Below, in pieces: positions 36,248 through 50,519 of a DNA stretch of 64,000 bases. Position 1 is the first letter of the stretch; every line of letters starts with the position of its first letter. Source of the DNA: Takakia lepidozioides (Eukaryota; Plantae; Bryophyta). The notes under the pieces were generated by a model. That model was not told the origin of the DNA. It ran no database searches and saw nothing but the letters and a program-made list of their open reading frames with translations. The translations under genes and the position numbers were made by a program. Location of the stretch: positions 52,080,001 through 52,144,000 of the forward strand of contig CM060732.1 of the NCBI GenBank assembly GCA_030704615.1, read 5' to 3'.

Positions 36248-38667
36248 ACCATGTATTTGGGAAGATTATAAGAAATTTGCAAGCCCTAAATTTGGGGTAC
36301 ACTCCAAATTTGCAGTGGAAAAATGGTTTGACCAGGAAAGTGGATCGATAAAAAAAAAATCCTCACAAGACCCCATCCAGATTCCCATTATGTGGCACCT
36401 AAAGCATGTTGTGGCAAAATTCCAAAGCAAAATTCCCAAATTTTCACAAGGTTGCTTTGTAAGGGAAAACAGGGGGGTCAAAACACACCATGAAGCTCAA
36501 ATGACATGTAATTCAGGCTGAGGGGGGCCAAATTTCCTTGGAATCACAATTTGCTGCGGTGAAAGTCTCCCTTGAATAATAAAGTACCACCTCCAAAAAG
36601 AATTTCAGAATTTCAGCAAAAATTGAAGCACTGATTTCTGTTTATGTGAATTTCTACTTCAATCCCAGCTCAGGCCAAATATTGCCTGAGTCGGTAGACA
36701 TTTCCGGCTACAAAAAATGGGCTACGTCACCGATTTGTGACAAAATGTCGGGGGACCCCAAATGCGAAACCCTAAGAAGGGTCTGGGGCCACCCTATGTT
36801 TCGGCGTTTCACCCGACAAGCATCTGAAAACTAACTACCAACTACCAACTACCTGCTTTACCCCGGTGCAACGATACAAGCTCCTCGTGAGCTACTACGT
36901 TATCCCCAATGCAGCGATACAAGGTCCCCGCGAGCACCTGCTTTACCCCCAATGCAGCAATACAAACTCCCCAGGAATATCATGATCCCAGAACTGGGGG
37001 GGAGTTGAACCCCCCGATCTGCCCATTGTGCAGACAGTCCACCCCCCCCCCCCCCCCCCCCAAGCAGCAAGCATCACCCCAAAAAGCAGAACCACTACCA
37101 TGACTGCCGCACTGCTGCCCCGCCCCGCCCCCAAAAGTGTGAAACCACCCAAACACAACGTTCCTACGCCAATACACCCAGACCCCCATCACCTCCACAG
37201 CCCCTCAACCAGCAGCAGCAGATCAACATGACCCCACAGCCTGTGAACCATCAGCAACACACCCCCACATGACCAACACTGCCCATGAACCAACAACAGC
37301 ACACCCCCATGATCCTAGAAGCCTCCACTGCCCATCAACCAACAGCACCACACACCCATGACCTCCAGAAGCCTCCACTGCCCATCAACCAACACCAACA
37401 CACCCCCAGTACCCTTACAGCCACCACAGATCAACGAGAAACACACCCCACGCCCCACGCACACACGCCATCCATAGCCAACGCCAGCATACGTGCAATG
37501 CAATCCAACACAACAGTGAACCCCCATCCACGCAACCAATGCACACACACAAGGAAGAAGTAACCACTGAAAGGCCTAGCTGCAGTCACCTCGTGGCATG
37601 TCGGTGTGTCTCATTCCAACACGTCCCAAGGCACAAGTGGCTGCCATCACAGCCAGGGCAGTAATAGTGAGTATGAATGTGACACACAATTTCGTGTGAA
37701 GGCACTGATGCACAAACGTGCATTCCACATCCCCAGTGGTGTCCATGATGTCAGTGTAGCAGCCTGCTGTCAATCCGTATGCCAAAGCCATATTGAATTC
37801 GAGATGTGTCATGACCCGACGCCCCATCCTTCTCTCCATTGCAGAATGGAATATATACGCATTCACCACCGTGGTATCCAGAAAAAAAAAAAACCCACGA
37901 TGCCACCACTTCTTTGTGCGCAGCTGCAAGCTATACACACCCCTAGCCTCAACTGGTCCTGCACATCTACTCCTCGCATATACGTTTGATATTGCACGTG
38001 AGCAAGCACGGATGGCACAAACACTCTTTGGTTTCCCACATGCTGGCCTGGCTGCAGATGATAGTAAAAAGATCCCATTCTTGTCCCACCATAACACAAC
38101 AGCCACCTCCCTTGAATCATGCATCCTGTACCATGACTGCCCTTGCTTGGCAGTCTTTGATTTCTTCATTTTCAGCAAAGAAGGAGGGAGATCCTTTCGG
38201 TTCAATCTGACTGTGCTAGTGGCCCAAGTGCCAAGCTTCGCCAAGTCATACAGAAGCTGGACAGAGGTAAAGTAATTGTCAGTGACAATGACATGGCCCA
38301 AACCATGCAGCCCTTCAGTCAGCCGGCAAACAACATCGTAACCTTCTCCCTTCCCACTTTTCTGCCTCTGGCCATCTGGCCCTCTTGCATTCTTACTAGA
38401 GTAAAAACAGAAATTGTAGACATATGAAGTCTCCGAGTCAGCATTGGCCCACACCTTTATGCCCCATTTGCATGGTTTCTTAGGCATGTACATCCTAATT
38501 GGACAGTACCTCCCCTTGTAACGAATCATGACCTCATCAACGGTCACCATTTTGGCTTTTACACCTATCAACAATCTCATCACACACCCACCTTAGCTTT
38601 CCAAGCTTGTCGTAATTGCTACTCTTACGATCCGCCACCAAAGTGCCGTTGTCAACAAGATGCAAAC
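36248..38667 (-). mobile_element. piggyBac PB2, 3' half (inverted)
   Basis: Minus-strand LHLVDN...VTVDEVMIRYKG, KPCKWGIKVW, VTDNYF, MRGVDVQDQL and Cys-rich tail; continues exactly from the break at 26307. Confidence 0.85.
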
Positions 38668-39040
38668 CGTTAGAGAGGGGCAGGTGGGTAAATTTTTCGA
38701 GCATTGTTCTTACCGACATACAGCAGTACTTATTACTTCTGGATGCCCTCGTGGGACACGACTCTCTAGTCGTGGATCAAAGAATTTTACCTTTTACATC
38801 TTCTCAGCTCCATAATACAGTAATACCAGGCCTCAGTCAATTACCCCTGACACAGTCAGTCGAGCTCCCCCTCTATCGGCTACTAATTCTCTCGACACAA
38901 TCTCCGAAAGAATGCCCCAGATACATCTACAGAAAGAACAGCGCAGTCTTCCATGGATTATGTGTTGAACGGCGGAGTGCAGAATCGAGCTTACAGATGA
39001 GAGCTGGATGTGATCTGTCTCTGCGCATCTCTCCGTGCCA

Positions 39041-41440
39041 ATGGCTTGGGAATCCTCCGCTCTGATGGCCTCTAGTATTGTGAGCATGGCATATGTGTAT
39101 TACGGCGTTATGAATCTTCCCAGGGGAGTACCTCGTTTGCTCGCGTTGCTGCCCATATTTGCATTCAACCTGGTTTTGCCAGCGACCTTCAGTACTGTTT
39201 TTGAAAGGGGGATGTTGTCCTTCTTCTTCGTTTGGCTTATGCCATTCAAGCTCGCTCTTTTGTGCTGGGATGCAGGGCCTGCTGCCGATCCTTGGGCAGT
39301 TGCAACATTTCCTCGATTTATCTCGGTCATGACTCTCTCACTCCATCTCAAAAGAGGAAATTTGGACCGGCAAGGAGAAGACTACAGTGCTCCAGCCAGC
39401 GAAAAAATTGCAAAGCAAGTTGTTGTCGAATATTCAGGTCAAAATGTAACCGATAGTGAACTTAATGGAAGTAGATCAAGCATTGTAAGGAGAATTCCCG
39501 GTCGAACTAGAATTAAGAGGGAGACCATTACAGGTACTGGGGATAAGCCTGCCACAACAGGTACTGGCGGGACATTCGTGGCTCGAGTTGGACGTGGTGA
39601 GAGGAAGCATCGCTTGTCGTGGGTTGAATTTTTAGACGAATCCCAGCTATGGCAGATAGTAGCCCTACGACTCATTGGACAGTTTCTCCTCCTCGCATGC
39701 TTCACAAGTGTCTTCTCTTGGCGTCACCTCCTGCCTCACTGGGCGATGTGCCTAGCATATTCCCTTTTCATATACATAGCCTGCAGTGCGATATTTGAAG
39801 GCCTTGCTCTAGTAGTGTCGCCTGCTCTGGGAGTCCAACTAGAGCCCCAATTTATCAAGCCTTTCTTGTCCGATTCACTGTCAGATTTTTGGGGCAGACG
39901 ATGGAACCTTCTCGTCAACAATCTCATGCGCGTAGCCGTCTATGAGCCAATCCTGGCGCTGTGTCTACACAAAAGAGAGAAGAGCTCGGCCTATGCATCA
40001 TTTGCTCAAGGACAGCAGCGAAACTGGAATGGAACAACCAGGGTCCATGGGAAAAGGAGCCGGAGCAGCATTCCCCACCAACAGGATCTAGTTCCAGGTA
40101 CGTGTTTCTGATTTCCAAATTGAATTCGCGCGGATTTGCTCTAGACGCAGTTGAATCCCAAGTGGACTTGTATGACAGAGGAAGTCGCTCTACCCGGGTA
40201 GTTTACGAACTTGGAATTGATCTTTCTGTTCTGTTCAAACAGAAAGAGACACCCATGTATAGAAAAGGAAACATGATTAGGATTCTGAGCTGGTATGGCC
40301 AATGCCATTGGGATTCAGTTCTGGTGAAGGATTGGTGTCTAGATAAGTTAATATGACTGCTATTTAAGGTCCTGCAAATTGGTCATGCCATTTCACTCTG
40401 AACCATGGTAGGCTTTTTGAGAGCCAGATTAGAGCATTACCAAGTTGGTAGGACATACGGGCCTACTGTTCTTTCCCTCTTCATAGAGGTACAGAACAGA
40501 CGACCATCAATAGAGTGGGGTGCAGGGTAGGTGAGGGTGCTGGGCGGTTTGGAAACAGAGAAAGGATTGCGGACATGAGGCTGGGTTGGCTGGGTGTGTG
40601 TACTAATTAGACCCTGTCTGGGCCCCTGTCTTGTTTCACTATGAAGCAGCCCAGAGATTGTCTCTTCGTGTTCAATCTCCACATATAGACAAATAGAGAC
40701 ACACAGGAATTACCCCCATAGGGTATAAACAAAGAGAGAGAGAAGGTTGCAACCCCAGACTTTTGAAGAATGTGGGAGGCTGTTGTGCACGAGTTCCCAA
40801 TGAGAATGGGAAGGAAACAACGGGAACCTTGGCAACAATTATCTAATCTGTGGTTTAAGAGGTGTACTAACTAGGTCAAGAGTGTAGGACGTCTTCAAGA
40901 CAGATCTGGAAGTTCGCCAATGAAGCGGTTGTGGGCTTTGCCTCCTATGTCCGTGCAGGGCTTGAGCTGCCTGGGTTACTTTCGGAAACTGAAAAGGATA
41001 GCAACCTTCGAGCCGGGATGGATGGCGGGCCTCAACACCTAAGTTTTTCTAAGCCTCCTGTATGGGCCCGAACTGTGGCAGTGCTTTCAGTGTTCACAGT
41101 GTCAGGTCTCATGCATGAATTGATCTTCTTCTACATGACCTTATCAAAACCAACTTGGGAAGTCACAGCATTTTTCATACTTCATGGTATTTCAACGGCT
41201 CTAGAGGTTGCCTTGCGGAGAAGGTTCCATGTGCGATTGCCGAAGCTAGTCTCGATACCCCTCACCCTGAGCTTTGTGTTTCTTACTGCTGTGTGGCTCT
41301 TTTTCCCACCGCTGTCTAGGATGGGAATCGACCTACAAGCAGCAGCTGAATTTCAGGCTTTTTTCAAAGGAGTTCTGGGAACCTCATTTAAACTTCTCCA
41401 ATCAGACAATTTGCTGATGCGTGGCTCCGCCATTTCCTAG
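39041..41440 (+). CDS. MBOAT-family long-chain-alcohol O-fatty-acyltransferase (wax ester synthase-like); exons 39041-40097, 40959-41440; 512 aa
   Basis: FFFVWL.PFKL, EPQFIKPFLSDSLSDFWGRRWNLLV, VFTVSGLMHELIFFY, PTWEVTAFFILHG; GT-AG phase-1 intron joins the frames. Confidence 0.92.
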
Positions 41441-43754
41441 CAGGAATCCAGGTAAGGTAAACACAAAGGGTTCTAGACAACCTAATCTAAGTGTGGACCA
41501 CACAAATTAAGTGGGTGCAGACTTGAGGCAGCATGATGCTGTGGACACTGCAGAAACTGGGTAATCACTGCTGACAACACAAATTTGCAGAGAGCTATCC
41601 AGAGAGCTATTTCCCAATTGCCCAAAACAATGATAAATTCTCTGTTCATGCATTGACAAGAGTCTGTTGTTGATTTTCACAATTGATGATTCTGCATATA
41701 AAATGTTGCCTTCTGTGGTGGCTTCACCAATCGAACATACTGGCTCCAAAGTCATTACAAGGCTCCAAAGTGGGCCTCCAGCAGTTTAAAAAATGCTTCC
41801 ACAATTGACCAAAATCGGTGTAGAAAATTGTTCAAGAACTTGTCAGCTTCCAATCTGCAGCTGTATTATTCTGAAGATTTGATGTATGGAAATGCACTAC
41901 CAACTAGGCAATCTGAGGCTTAATTACACAGTAGCGGAGAAGCTACACAGAGATTTGGTCAGCCTTTGAAGTGGGCCACCAGCCCGTCAACCACAGACTC
42001 ATTGACCTTGAAAGCTGTCTCAAGGACAATGACAGAGACGTTAGAACCAAAAAGGCCACCAGGTAGAGAAACTGTTCCAGGATTTGAACTATTGAATGCA
42101 GAATTTGGGTGAGCTTCCTGGTGCTTGTCACCATTAATCTACAAGTGCACCAAACCCTGGGGAAGACAAAGAGGTTGCGAGTGTAGAGGGTTTGCTTGAG
42201 CAGCTTGTTGTTGGTATCGATTAATCCCAAAGCCAAAGAGCCTTCCTGAACGGCAATTCAGTTCTCTCTCACTCTGTGTTACCTTGATGTATCATGTCAA
42301 CTGGAATTTCAAGAGTGTCCCTCTTGTATCCTATTGCTTAGGGGTCTCCCCTGTTGTTTTGGGTCCACGGCCATGCTGCTGTGGAGATAGTTGTGGTACT
42401 ATAGGAGCCGTTCTCATGGAATCACATGGCCCTCTTCTAATAAGGGTCCAAATTCTGGCAGGGGCTATTCCTGAAGGTTGAAAAAAGGGAGAGGATTGGA
42501 GCAGCCCATGTCTGGGCTCGTCCTTCACCAGACTGGGTGTGTTGTGCCTCTATGGCTTCTGAGGGTTTTTTTGTGTTTCCAGTAACAAACTAAATTTATT
42601 CCAAAAACACAAAAACAAAATCAAGTCTGTAAATAATTACACATCTGGATACTTCCATCTCTTCCAGAGTTGGGCAGCTATCAGTTTTTACGATAACCGC
42701 CCGTTCCAGATATTAGAAAGTTTGCATATCTCATACCGGTCAGTTCTGGTTATCAACATTATCATTCTCATCGGTGTAAGAATATTTGGAGCTGCAAGTT
42801 ATCAATAACTTTGGCTACTTCCAGTGTTGGACCGGTGGCACCAAGGTATGGAATACAGGTATGAGTACGTGTATTGAAAAACATATCAGTCGGGTACGAA
42901 TGAACAATGTACTTTGGTGATCAATTATGGGGGAGTACGTCTTTAGGGTTCACCAGTGTTTTTTTTTCATATTTCCAAAATCGCTGGCGGGGCCACCAGT
43001 GAATTCTACCCAGGGCCCTTGGCGAGAATATCGAGGTGACAGAGTTAGAAAAGTGGCTATATTCCAGGTGGCATATTACAGCTGGTCCACGTCGGCAAGA
43101 TGAGGCCCCTGAGATTCATCTGCTGCTGCTTTTTGGTGAAAAAATCAGATTTTACCCCCCAAAATTCCTTTGTTCAAGTAGCTGACGTAGTTTCCAGGTC
43201 GAAATCTGGCGATATTTCGCCAGAAAGAAAAACGCTGGGGGTTCACCCACACATACCAGACCAATCTAGGTAAGTGCAGGCGTAGCAAGGTCCCCATACC
43301 AGTATTGCGGCGAATTCGTGGCAGATGGAGCTAGGTATGAGTCATGGGTATATGGTCGTGCAGCTAGTCGTAATCTGTAGTACCATTGTGTTAATTCAAG
43401 GCTCCCTGCTGCAATTCAGACTTCATTTTTCTTCACTTTCATACTGCTCCTGGTTACCTTTGCCAAGTGTTTCATAGTTCAGACTACAACTAGCTGTGTG
43501 CTTAATGACATTTATTTCTAGGTATGGTGAGCAATAGAAATACCATATTAGTGTTCATACACCACCAAAATCACTATAAAAAAAAAGAAAATACCAGTAT
43601 CAACTCTCACACAGCCCAAAATACAAGTATTCAGAATCTGGTACAAGTATTCATATCAGATTCATACCCAAGTTACTCATACCTATATAAATACCTCTAC
43701 CAGTTTGGTATGGAAAAAGGAGTGGGAGCCTTCCCCTACTGTAACAATACCCAA

Positions 43755-43946
43755 CAACCAAGTTGTAGCCTAGTGGTAATGGGCACATACCACCTTGGAA
43801 GTGGGTGCGAGTTCAATGCACTGTTTGGTGTCACAAAGGTGTCCACCTTCCTACCGGAAAGCAGCAGTAGCCCATAGGGATCAAGAGACACTATAATTTA
43901 CACTTCCTTTGGAGGGAGTCGTCATATATAATATATTAAAAAAAAC
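43755..43946 (+). mobile_element. Possible tRNA-derived SINE
   Basis: A-box-like TAGCCTAGTGG (43766) and B-box-like GAGTTCAATGC (43809), short A tail. Confidence 0.4.
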
Positions 43947-45087
43947 TGCAAGTTTCAGTTGTCCCATTTGACACACACACATATATATATAAAGGGGAGG
44001 GTTGCCCCTGCAAACTTCATTTGGGATTATTAGGAGGAAAAATATTAAAACCTCTGGGCAAACCATAAGGCTATGTTGCAAGCAGCGAGAGCAAGCTCAC
44101 AAAACCATTATCAATGGACCAAGCCCCAGCATAACCAGATCCATAGACCTGAAGAAAGAAAACAACTAGCACTAGCACCGTAACAAGGGAGCAAGGAAGA
44201 AGTGACTAGAGGTGACTGAGTAAGAGTGCCTAACCATGGCACTCATGAATCTAAGAACCAGTCCTAAAAACCAAAGATTGAAAATCAAAGATTCCAAAGA
44301 GGCCACACATTGATGGGCCCGCTGAAACCAGCCCCCAAGCAAGGAGCAATGAAAAGCCCCCAAGTCCAGATGGAAGATTGAAGGGAGCATAGGCCCCAGC
44401 GAAGACCTAGCTAAGACCCTGCTTGTCGGAAGGAGAAGAAATGAGGACCAGAGCGCGCTTTCCGAGGGAAAAGCATTGCTGCGGTTCAATTGCTAAAGGC
44501 AACCTTAAGAAGTATGGCCCGTGCCCATAATCAACCCACAATCTGGTGGCCCCTACTTGTGGCCCCTTGAAGATGGACAATTGCCCAAACACGCCCATGG
44601 CCGTAGACAATCACCATGGATAGCAACATCACCGGTCTTCCATGACTGTCCGCCCTCGCTTCTACGACGATGCACAGCGGATTCCAAAGAGTAGCTAGAC
44701 TAGAGCATATCCATGCATGCGAGGAGCGCCAGAAGGTGTGCAGCAGTGTTGGGCGGTTATGTAAATTTTTTGATAACCTCCGGTTCAGGTTCTCTCTTTA
44801 TGACTGTCTTCTAGGAACCTCCGGTTCAGGTTATTTAGATTTTCAAGATTTTCAAGAACCACCTGAGCCGATTATTGTGTCTTTTCATGTCTTCCCATTA
44901 TGATACATATCGGTTATTTGGCTACTTTCATATGCCGGTTCGGATATAGTATAAATCTAATAACCGGGATAGAATTTGGTTACGGTTAGAAGAGCCTTAC
45001 GGTTTAGGCACTTTGGTGAACTATACCACTTCTAAATTTATTCCAACACACTTTGTATGCGTTCATATGGTTCTCAAATCATTACCA

Positions 45088-45310
45088 ACAGTCAGTAGCT
45101 CAATTGGTTAAGCGCACTGAGTGCGACCCAGACGTTTTTGGGGTCAAATCCTGCTACTTGACGGCTGTGGTATGCTTCCTGGGTGGTGCCCCATTCCTAC
45201 GCCTCATGGCGCATAAATGAAAGAGGTTAATTTCTCCTCTCACTACTAAGGGGCCTGATTTGTGAGCTGTCGCTCCCAGGTGTTTCCCTTTTTTTTTTTC
45301 TTAAAAAAAA
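45088..45310 (+). mobile_element. tRNA-derived SINE
   Basis: A box TAGCTCAATTGG (45096), B box GGGTCAAATCC (45141), non-tRNA body, T/A-rich tail. Confidence 0.6.
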
Positions 45311-45703
45311 TCTTTGTACCAAGAATAAGAGAGTAAACAGGAGATGCTGGCTAAACCTAGAACAAGTAACCTCTGGTTAGCAGCAAGTATCAGTAATTAT
45401 AACCGGGGGTCTCATCTTACCCCACACAGGTTAGGTTAATTAAAAACAATGTCTCATGCCTAGCGGGTTCCAAACCCAGGCGGTTATGGGGGCATGTGGG
45501 CCCCCCCGTTTCCTTGCACTGCAGGTTATTAATGTTTTTTAGAACCGCCCAACACTGGTGTGCAGGGCTGAGGAAAAGGGCCCGCCTCCCTCTCAAACTC
45601 AGGTGGGTCAGTGAACTGTTGTGCGACGTCCTTGCTTTTGGGTGCTTTTGGGCCATTAGCATTGGTGTTGGACTGTAGGATATGAGGCCCAAGTGGCTTT
45701 GAA

Positions 45704-46470
45704 CAGGGGGTTGGTAGAACGTGAGCACAAACGGCGTGAGCACAGGAAAACGTAGGTGTGAGCACAAAAACACGGCCATAGGGTACACATGCTTTCACTG
45801 AAATCGAATAGGGTTCCAAAAACGTGAAAACGTTAGATTTGTGCCTATTTCTGTGCCTATTTCTGACCCTACTTATGTCCCTAAACCCTAAACCCTAATG
45901 AAAATAGGCACCCATAATGTATATCTTCAAGCTCCAACTTCCACATATCTACAGCTTTGGTATCCTACAAAAGAAATAACACATTAGGGAAAAACAAAGT
46001 CACAATAACCAAAACACAAATACCAAACAATAATTGAACGATTTAGTAATGAAGCAAATAACGGGTTTCGCCAGCAAAATGACGGATTTCGCCAGCGAAA
46101 TTTCTAGGTATTGCTGCCTAGGTCATTAGCTAATGGTTTCGTGGGTGAAACAAAATGTGTTGTGTTTGGTTTTGCATATAAGAGACGACGTGAGATTGTT
46201 TTATTTCGCTAATGAATTGTTATGTGCTTATTGGGGTATGTCGGTACCCATGCTTACGTGGGCGAAACAGAATGAAATAATTCTAGTCTCGCGTATGACT
46301 GATTGCATTGAGCGTCACATGCACTTGACTAAATTCGCAACTATTAAGCAACGAAAATCCTTGATGGAGACGACACCTACCGGATATTCCTTATGCCCCA
46401 ACCTCACGTGGCTTGTGCTCACGCCTATGTTTTCATGTTTTCACGCCGTGTTTTTGTGCTCGTGAGCACA
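45704..46470. mobile_element. MITE-like non-autonomous element with GTGAGCAC inverted subterminal repeats
   Basis: GTGAGCACA arrays at 45721-45770 mirrored by TGTGCTCAC/TGTGCTCG at 46415-46468; exact ends and TSD not resolved. Confidence 0.5.
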
Positions 46471-48339
46471 AATTTCACTTTTTAGTTTTGCCAAAGCATC
46501 TTTTCAGAAATATTCTTGGAATTTTGGGGATTTTTTCTTTTGCTCACATGAGCACGCGCACAGAGGCGTGAGCGTGGATATTTGAAGCTGCATTGTCTGG
46601 ATTCCTTTCAATGTCTGCACCCATCCTTGTCCATGCCTTTTTAGCCTCAATAGTCAAATCAAACAAAAGACGCGTAAGAAGGGCAGAGGTTGAGAAGGTA
46701 GAGCCAATGAATGTCCCATACACATCTGGCCTTCCACAAATGCCACAGGGTTGCCATTCTGAGTGATTCGAAAATGCAGCATTTGATTGTTTTTTGTTTG
46801 GTTTGTCTGTCATGGTTAAGCGATAAAGTGATTGGGGTTAAAGGGCCTTGGTTCCAAGTTTGATAGAAGTTGGTAACTATTCGCCAAATAATCTAGGGAG
46901 CTTTGCAATGAAGCAAACAATGTTTGATGGATTCCAGAATGCCCGACCTGCAGCATTTGCAAAGAAGCTCTTATGGAAATTCCAGCCATTGTCCCACCTT
47001 CAAAATTCTGTTTGCGATTTGCCATAGAAAGGCACTTATACATTTTGCTTATTGTGGTCCAGATCACTATCCAGTTTTCGTGTTTACCCCGCATCGATTG
47101 AGGATCTAGGAGGCCCCTATAAGGTTTTTTTGGCAGAATATCGGAAGAAGGGGTCGAGTTTGTAGGTGAAGTTCTAAGACCATTATGATATATAGTATAA
47201 AATTAAGATATAAATTAATAAAGAATCCCAAAAACCGGTGTGCCAATTTCCACTGAATTTTTTGTACTATATGCCTAGAATTACAGTTATTGCTATATAT
47301 ATATATGTAATACAATGAATAACTGGAAGATGAATGACTTGTCTTCCATTATATTTAATTAGGGTTGCATGTGCCGTTGGCCCATGTGTGAAGAATCAAA
47401 ATCTAAGACCAAGTGCAATTTCCTACTCCACATGCAATCTCCTATGTATCCAAGTACGTCTCTGTTTCTGTCTTTTTGGACAAAACCTGGGCCCACCCTC
47501 ACACGTCAGCCTGTAGCTGCCTACCCCTTTTCATCCACGTGGATGAACCGTATGAAGTCATCCCTACCTACCAGATGCACAAGCACCCCAAATTTGGGGA
47601 GATTCCAACGTTTTATATGGGATATTATAACAATTGAACAAGGTGCATTTTCTGCAAAATTAAAAACAAAAAACCAAAACTTCACCTTTGACCAAGCAAA
47701 AAGTCAATGTTGCAAAATTTTGCAGGGAGAATCCCAGCCATATGCTAATGTAGTGCTGCATCCCAAACCCTCGCACCAAATTTCAGGTGAATCTGCCAAA
47801 AAATTAGGGTGGGGCTGCTTTTGTATGTGAATGCAATGGGGCTCAAAAGTGGTAATTTCCAAAGCAAATGGTTCAGGTCCCATGCTGACCCCAAATTTTA
47901 AACCAATGGTGATTTGCAACGGTCAGACAGTGCAATTATTGCCAAGAATGAGACTACACGCCCAAGAATTTCACAAAAAAAACCAAAATTGCATTTGGGA
48001 CGGAGGATTTTGTGAATTTGCCGGCCAACTTCAAGTCATGGTTGCCGGATTTTCCACTGAATCCGGTGACGTTTTCCGGGCCACGTTATGCTTTCCCAAG
48101 AATTCCGAGGGCCTCCTCATTCCAACCTTCCCGGTGTTCCTCCCCGTTTTTGGCAGGGCATGTGATCCACCCACTCCAACTACCATTCAACTACACGGTT
48201 CCTTCTCCGGGGACTCTTCAACTACCAGCAGACAAAGCCGAAGACACCAGACATCACACAAGCTCTTGAAGTTACAAACACCCGCAATACCAAGTGCACA
48301 GTTGAGTTGTCTATAGCAAATAGCTCTGAACAATCAGAT

Positions 48340-48790
48340 ATTCGGTTGCATGCGCCAACTTGTATAGACTGCTACTCGTATTCCTACCGGCTCAACGCAT
48401 CTATATTTGGTGTCTTGTTTTTGCATAATATGTCTGACTTTGTTTGTCAATTGTGAGACAAACCCCTGGTTACTCTAAAATGTTCTATCCAACGTTTGCC
48501 ATCAAATTGAGTGACAAGAAAATGAGAATACCAGGTTGTGTTGCTGGGTTTGACCCAATCTCCTAAATCTTCGATGAGGATCAACTCAAAGACACATGAG
48601 ATTCTGAAGCTATAAGGAATCAAAGCATTTGTCATAGATTCGAACACAGCTCTGCTATCTGTGTCTTTGTAAAAAAGAGGATACGACTGCAACTTGGACT
48701 GCAACTCAGGACAAAAATCAAGTGATCTAAAACTTGTATCCGAGTGGCAAGCAATGAGCAAGTCATGCGTTTGCATGACAAGCTGGAAGA
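48340..48790 (-). pseudogene. PIF/Harbinger transposase N-terminal fragment
   Basis: WVKP..TTWYSHFL..QFDGKRWIEHFRVTR followed by a ..QDTKYR..PV.IRVA-like stretch. Confidence 0.7.
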
Positions 48791-49199
48791 ATTAATGCAC
48801 CATCAAAACAACCTTCAGAGGCCTCACTAGTGCCATAGCACAAAGAGATGATACACAAAGAAGACAAAATCAAACACAGAGAAGGACAAATGAAGCACGT
48901 TACACTGCTGCGATAGACAAGAAATGGACGAACTACTATTATGTTGCTTGAATATGTTGCTGAACACGCACTGACATGATCATCATTGGATGTGTGAACA
49001 ACTGCAATATTGATGTAAAGTCATGAACAACGATACTGATATGCATGCTAATGTTAGAATCGATGAGGTAGAATACCAGTATGTGTGAACAGTGATAGCA
49101 CTCAGGTTAATGATCAAATTAACTTTCAGGGTTTCAAGCCAAAAACCTATGTGAAAAGGTTTTTTTGGTATCGGGATGATGATAGTCGGGATAGTCTAT

Positions 49200-50519
49200 C
49201 AGGAGGTGTGGCCTGACCTCAAGAACTAGAGTGTTCAGCATGAAGAAGGCTAAAGAGATACAAAGGGACGTGGTTATATACACAATTGTGTTTGTGTTCC
49301 CCACTACAACCATGGAAGGTCATTTATTTTATACCCAACTGAAAACTTTTAGGCATAAGCAAGTTTCCTTCACAACTTCTTATATTAATGCAATGGTTGA
49401 GGCTCTATAGTCTAAACTGTTGCCTAAGATCGTAGCAGTGCTGCATTCAAGATTGGCAAAGTCAGGTGCGCTTGTGCAGAAATTGCCATGGCTACAAACG
49501 ACATTGGAACTCACACAAATTACTGACGGTCGACGAAATCATGATAAGGTACAAGGGAAAATATTGTGCTATATGGCAGTATATGTCTAAGAAGCCAGTG
49601 AAGTGGGGCATAAAAGTGTGGGCCCTTGCAGATGTTGTCAGTGGCTTATATGTGTACGATTTCGATGTGTACTGTGGCAAGAACGGGGGCCCCGAGGGCA
49701 TGATCAGGGAGAAGTCTGGCAAAGGTAAGGTCACTCGGCTAGTCCCTCCATTGCATGGACTCGGCCATGTGGTGATTACTTACATTTACTTCACATCACC
49801 ACAGTTGTTGTATGATATGGCTTTGCTTGGGACATGGGCCATTGGCGTTGTCAGGCTCAATAGAAAGGGGTTGCCCCTTCCTTGACTTGCTTGTCCAAGT
49901 CCAAGACTGCCAAGCAATGAGACACTTGGTAGCGTATGCATAGCAGTCGATAAGTTGCTGCTTGTTTGTGGTGGGATAAGAAAAGCGTATTCATGGTGAC
50001 ATCTGCATCTCGGCCAGCATCTGGCCTGAATTCACATGTGACGGTCAGAAGGTTTGTGGGGGATGTCACGGTGCAGGTGCCTTCTGTTCAATACCAAACT
50101 TATATGTGTGATGGAGATGTTCAAGACCAGTTGCAAGGTGCATATAACATGCAGCTGAAGACTCACAAATGGTGGCATAAAGTGTTTTTTTCCCTTTTGA
50201 ACACCACAAAATTGTCAATTCTTATCTCTTGCATGTCTCTAACATGCATCGGATGGGGTTGCGTGAGATGACCCATCTTGAGTTTTCGCTGGCCTTGGCA
50301 CACGGTCTCACGTCTCCTGCCAGATTTGTTGTGCACCCTCTGAGTGCCACAGTGTTGAGGACCTCGCCTTCCCACTGGCATTCTTCTTTTCACAGCCCGC
50401 TTCGCCATGTGTGCACTCAATGTGGGCTGCGTACCCATTACTTCTGTTCCCAATGCGATAATGCATTCCTTTGTCCTAGAACTTGTTGGCGTGAAGCACA
50501 TCTCGTCCGAGGTCGGTGA
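49200..50519 (+). pseudogene. piggyBac PB3 degenerate transposase
   Basis: LTVDEIMIRYKG, KPVKWGIKVW, DVQDQL, KWWHKVF, Cys-rich CTQC..FCSQC..LC..TCW..H; ORF1 remnant QEVWPD at 49200-49217. Confidence 0.88.

Noticed and set aside
36840-37560. Pro/His/Thr-rich ORFs and CA-rich repeats
   Set aside because: Low-complexity 3' region of piggyBac PB2; no protein motif.
41940-44750. Possible further LINE 3' fragments (41940-42620, 44050-44750)
   Set aside because: Only compositional hints; no diagnostic motif could be read.
45088-45165. Functional tRNA gene
   Set aside because: A and B boxes are present but no convincing cloverleaf; followed by a body and tail typical of a SINE.
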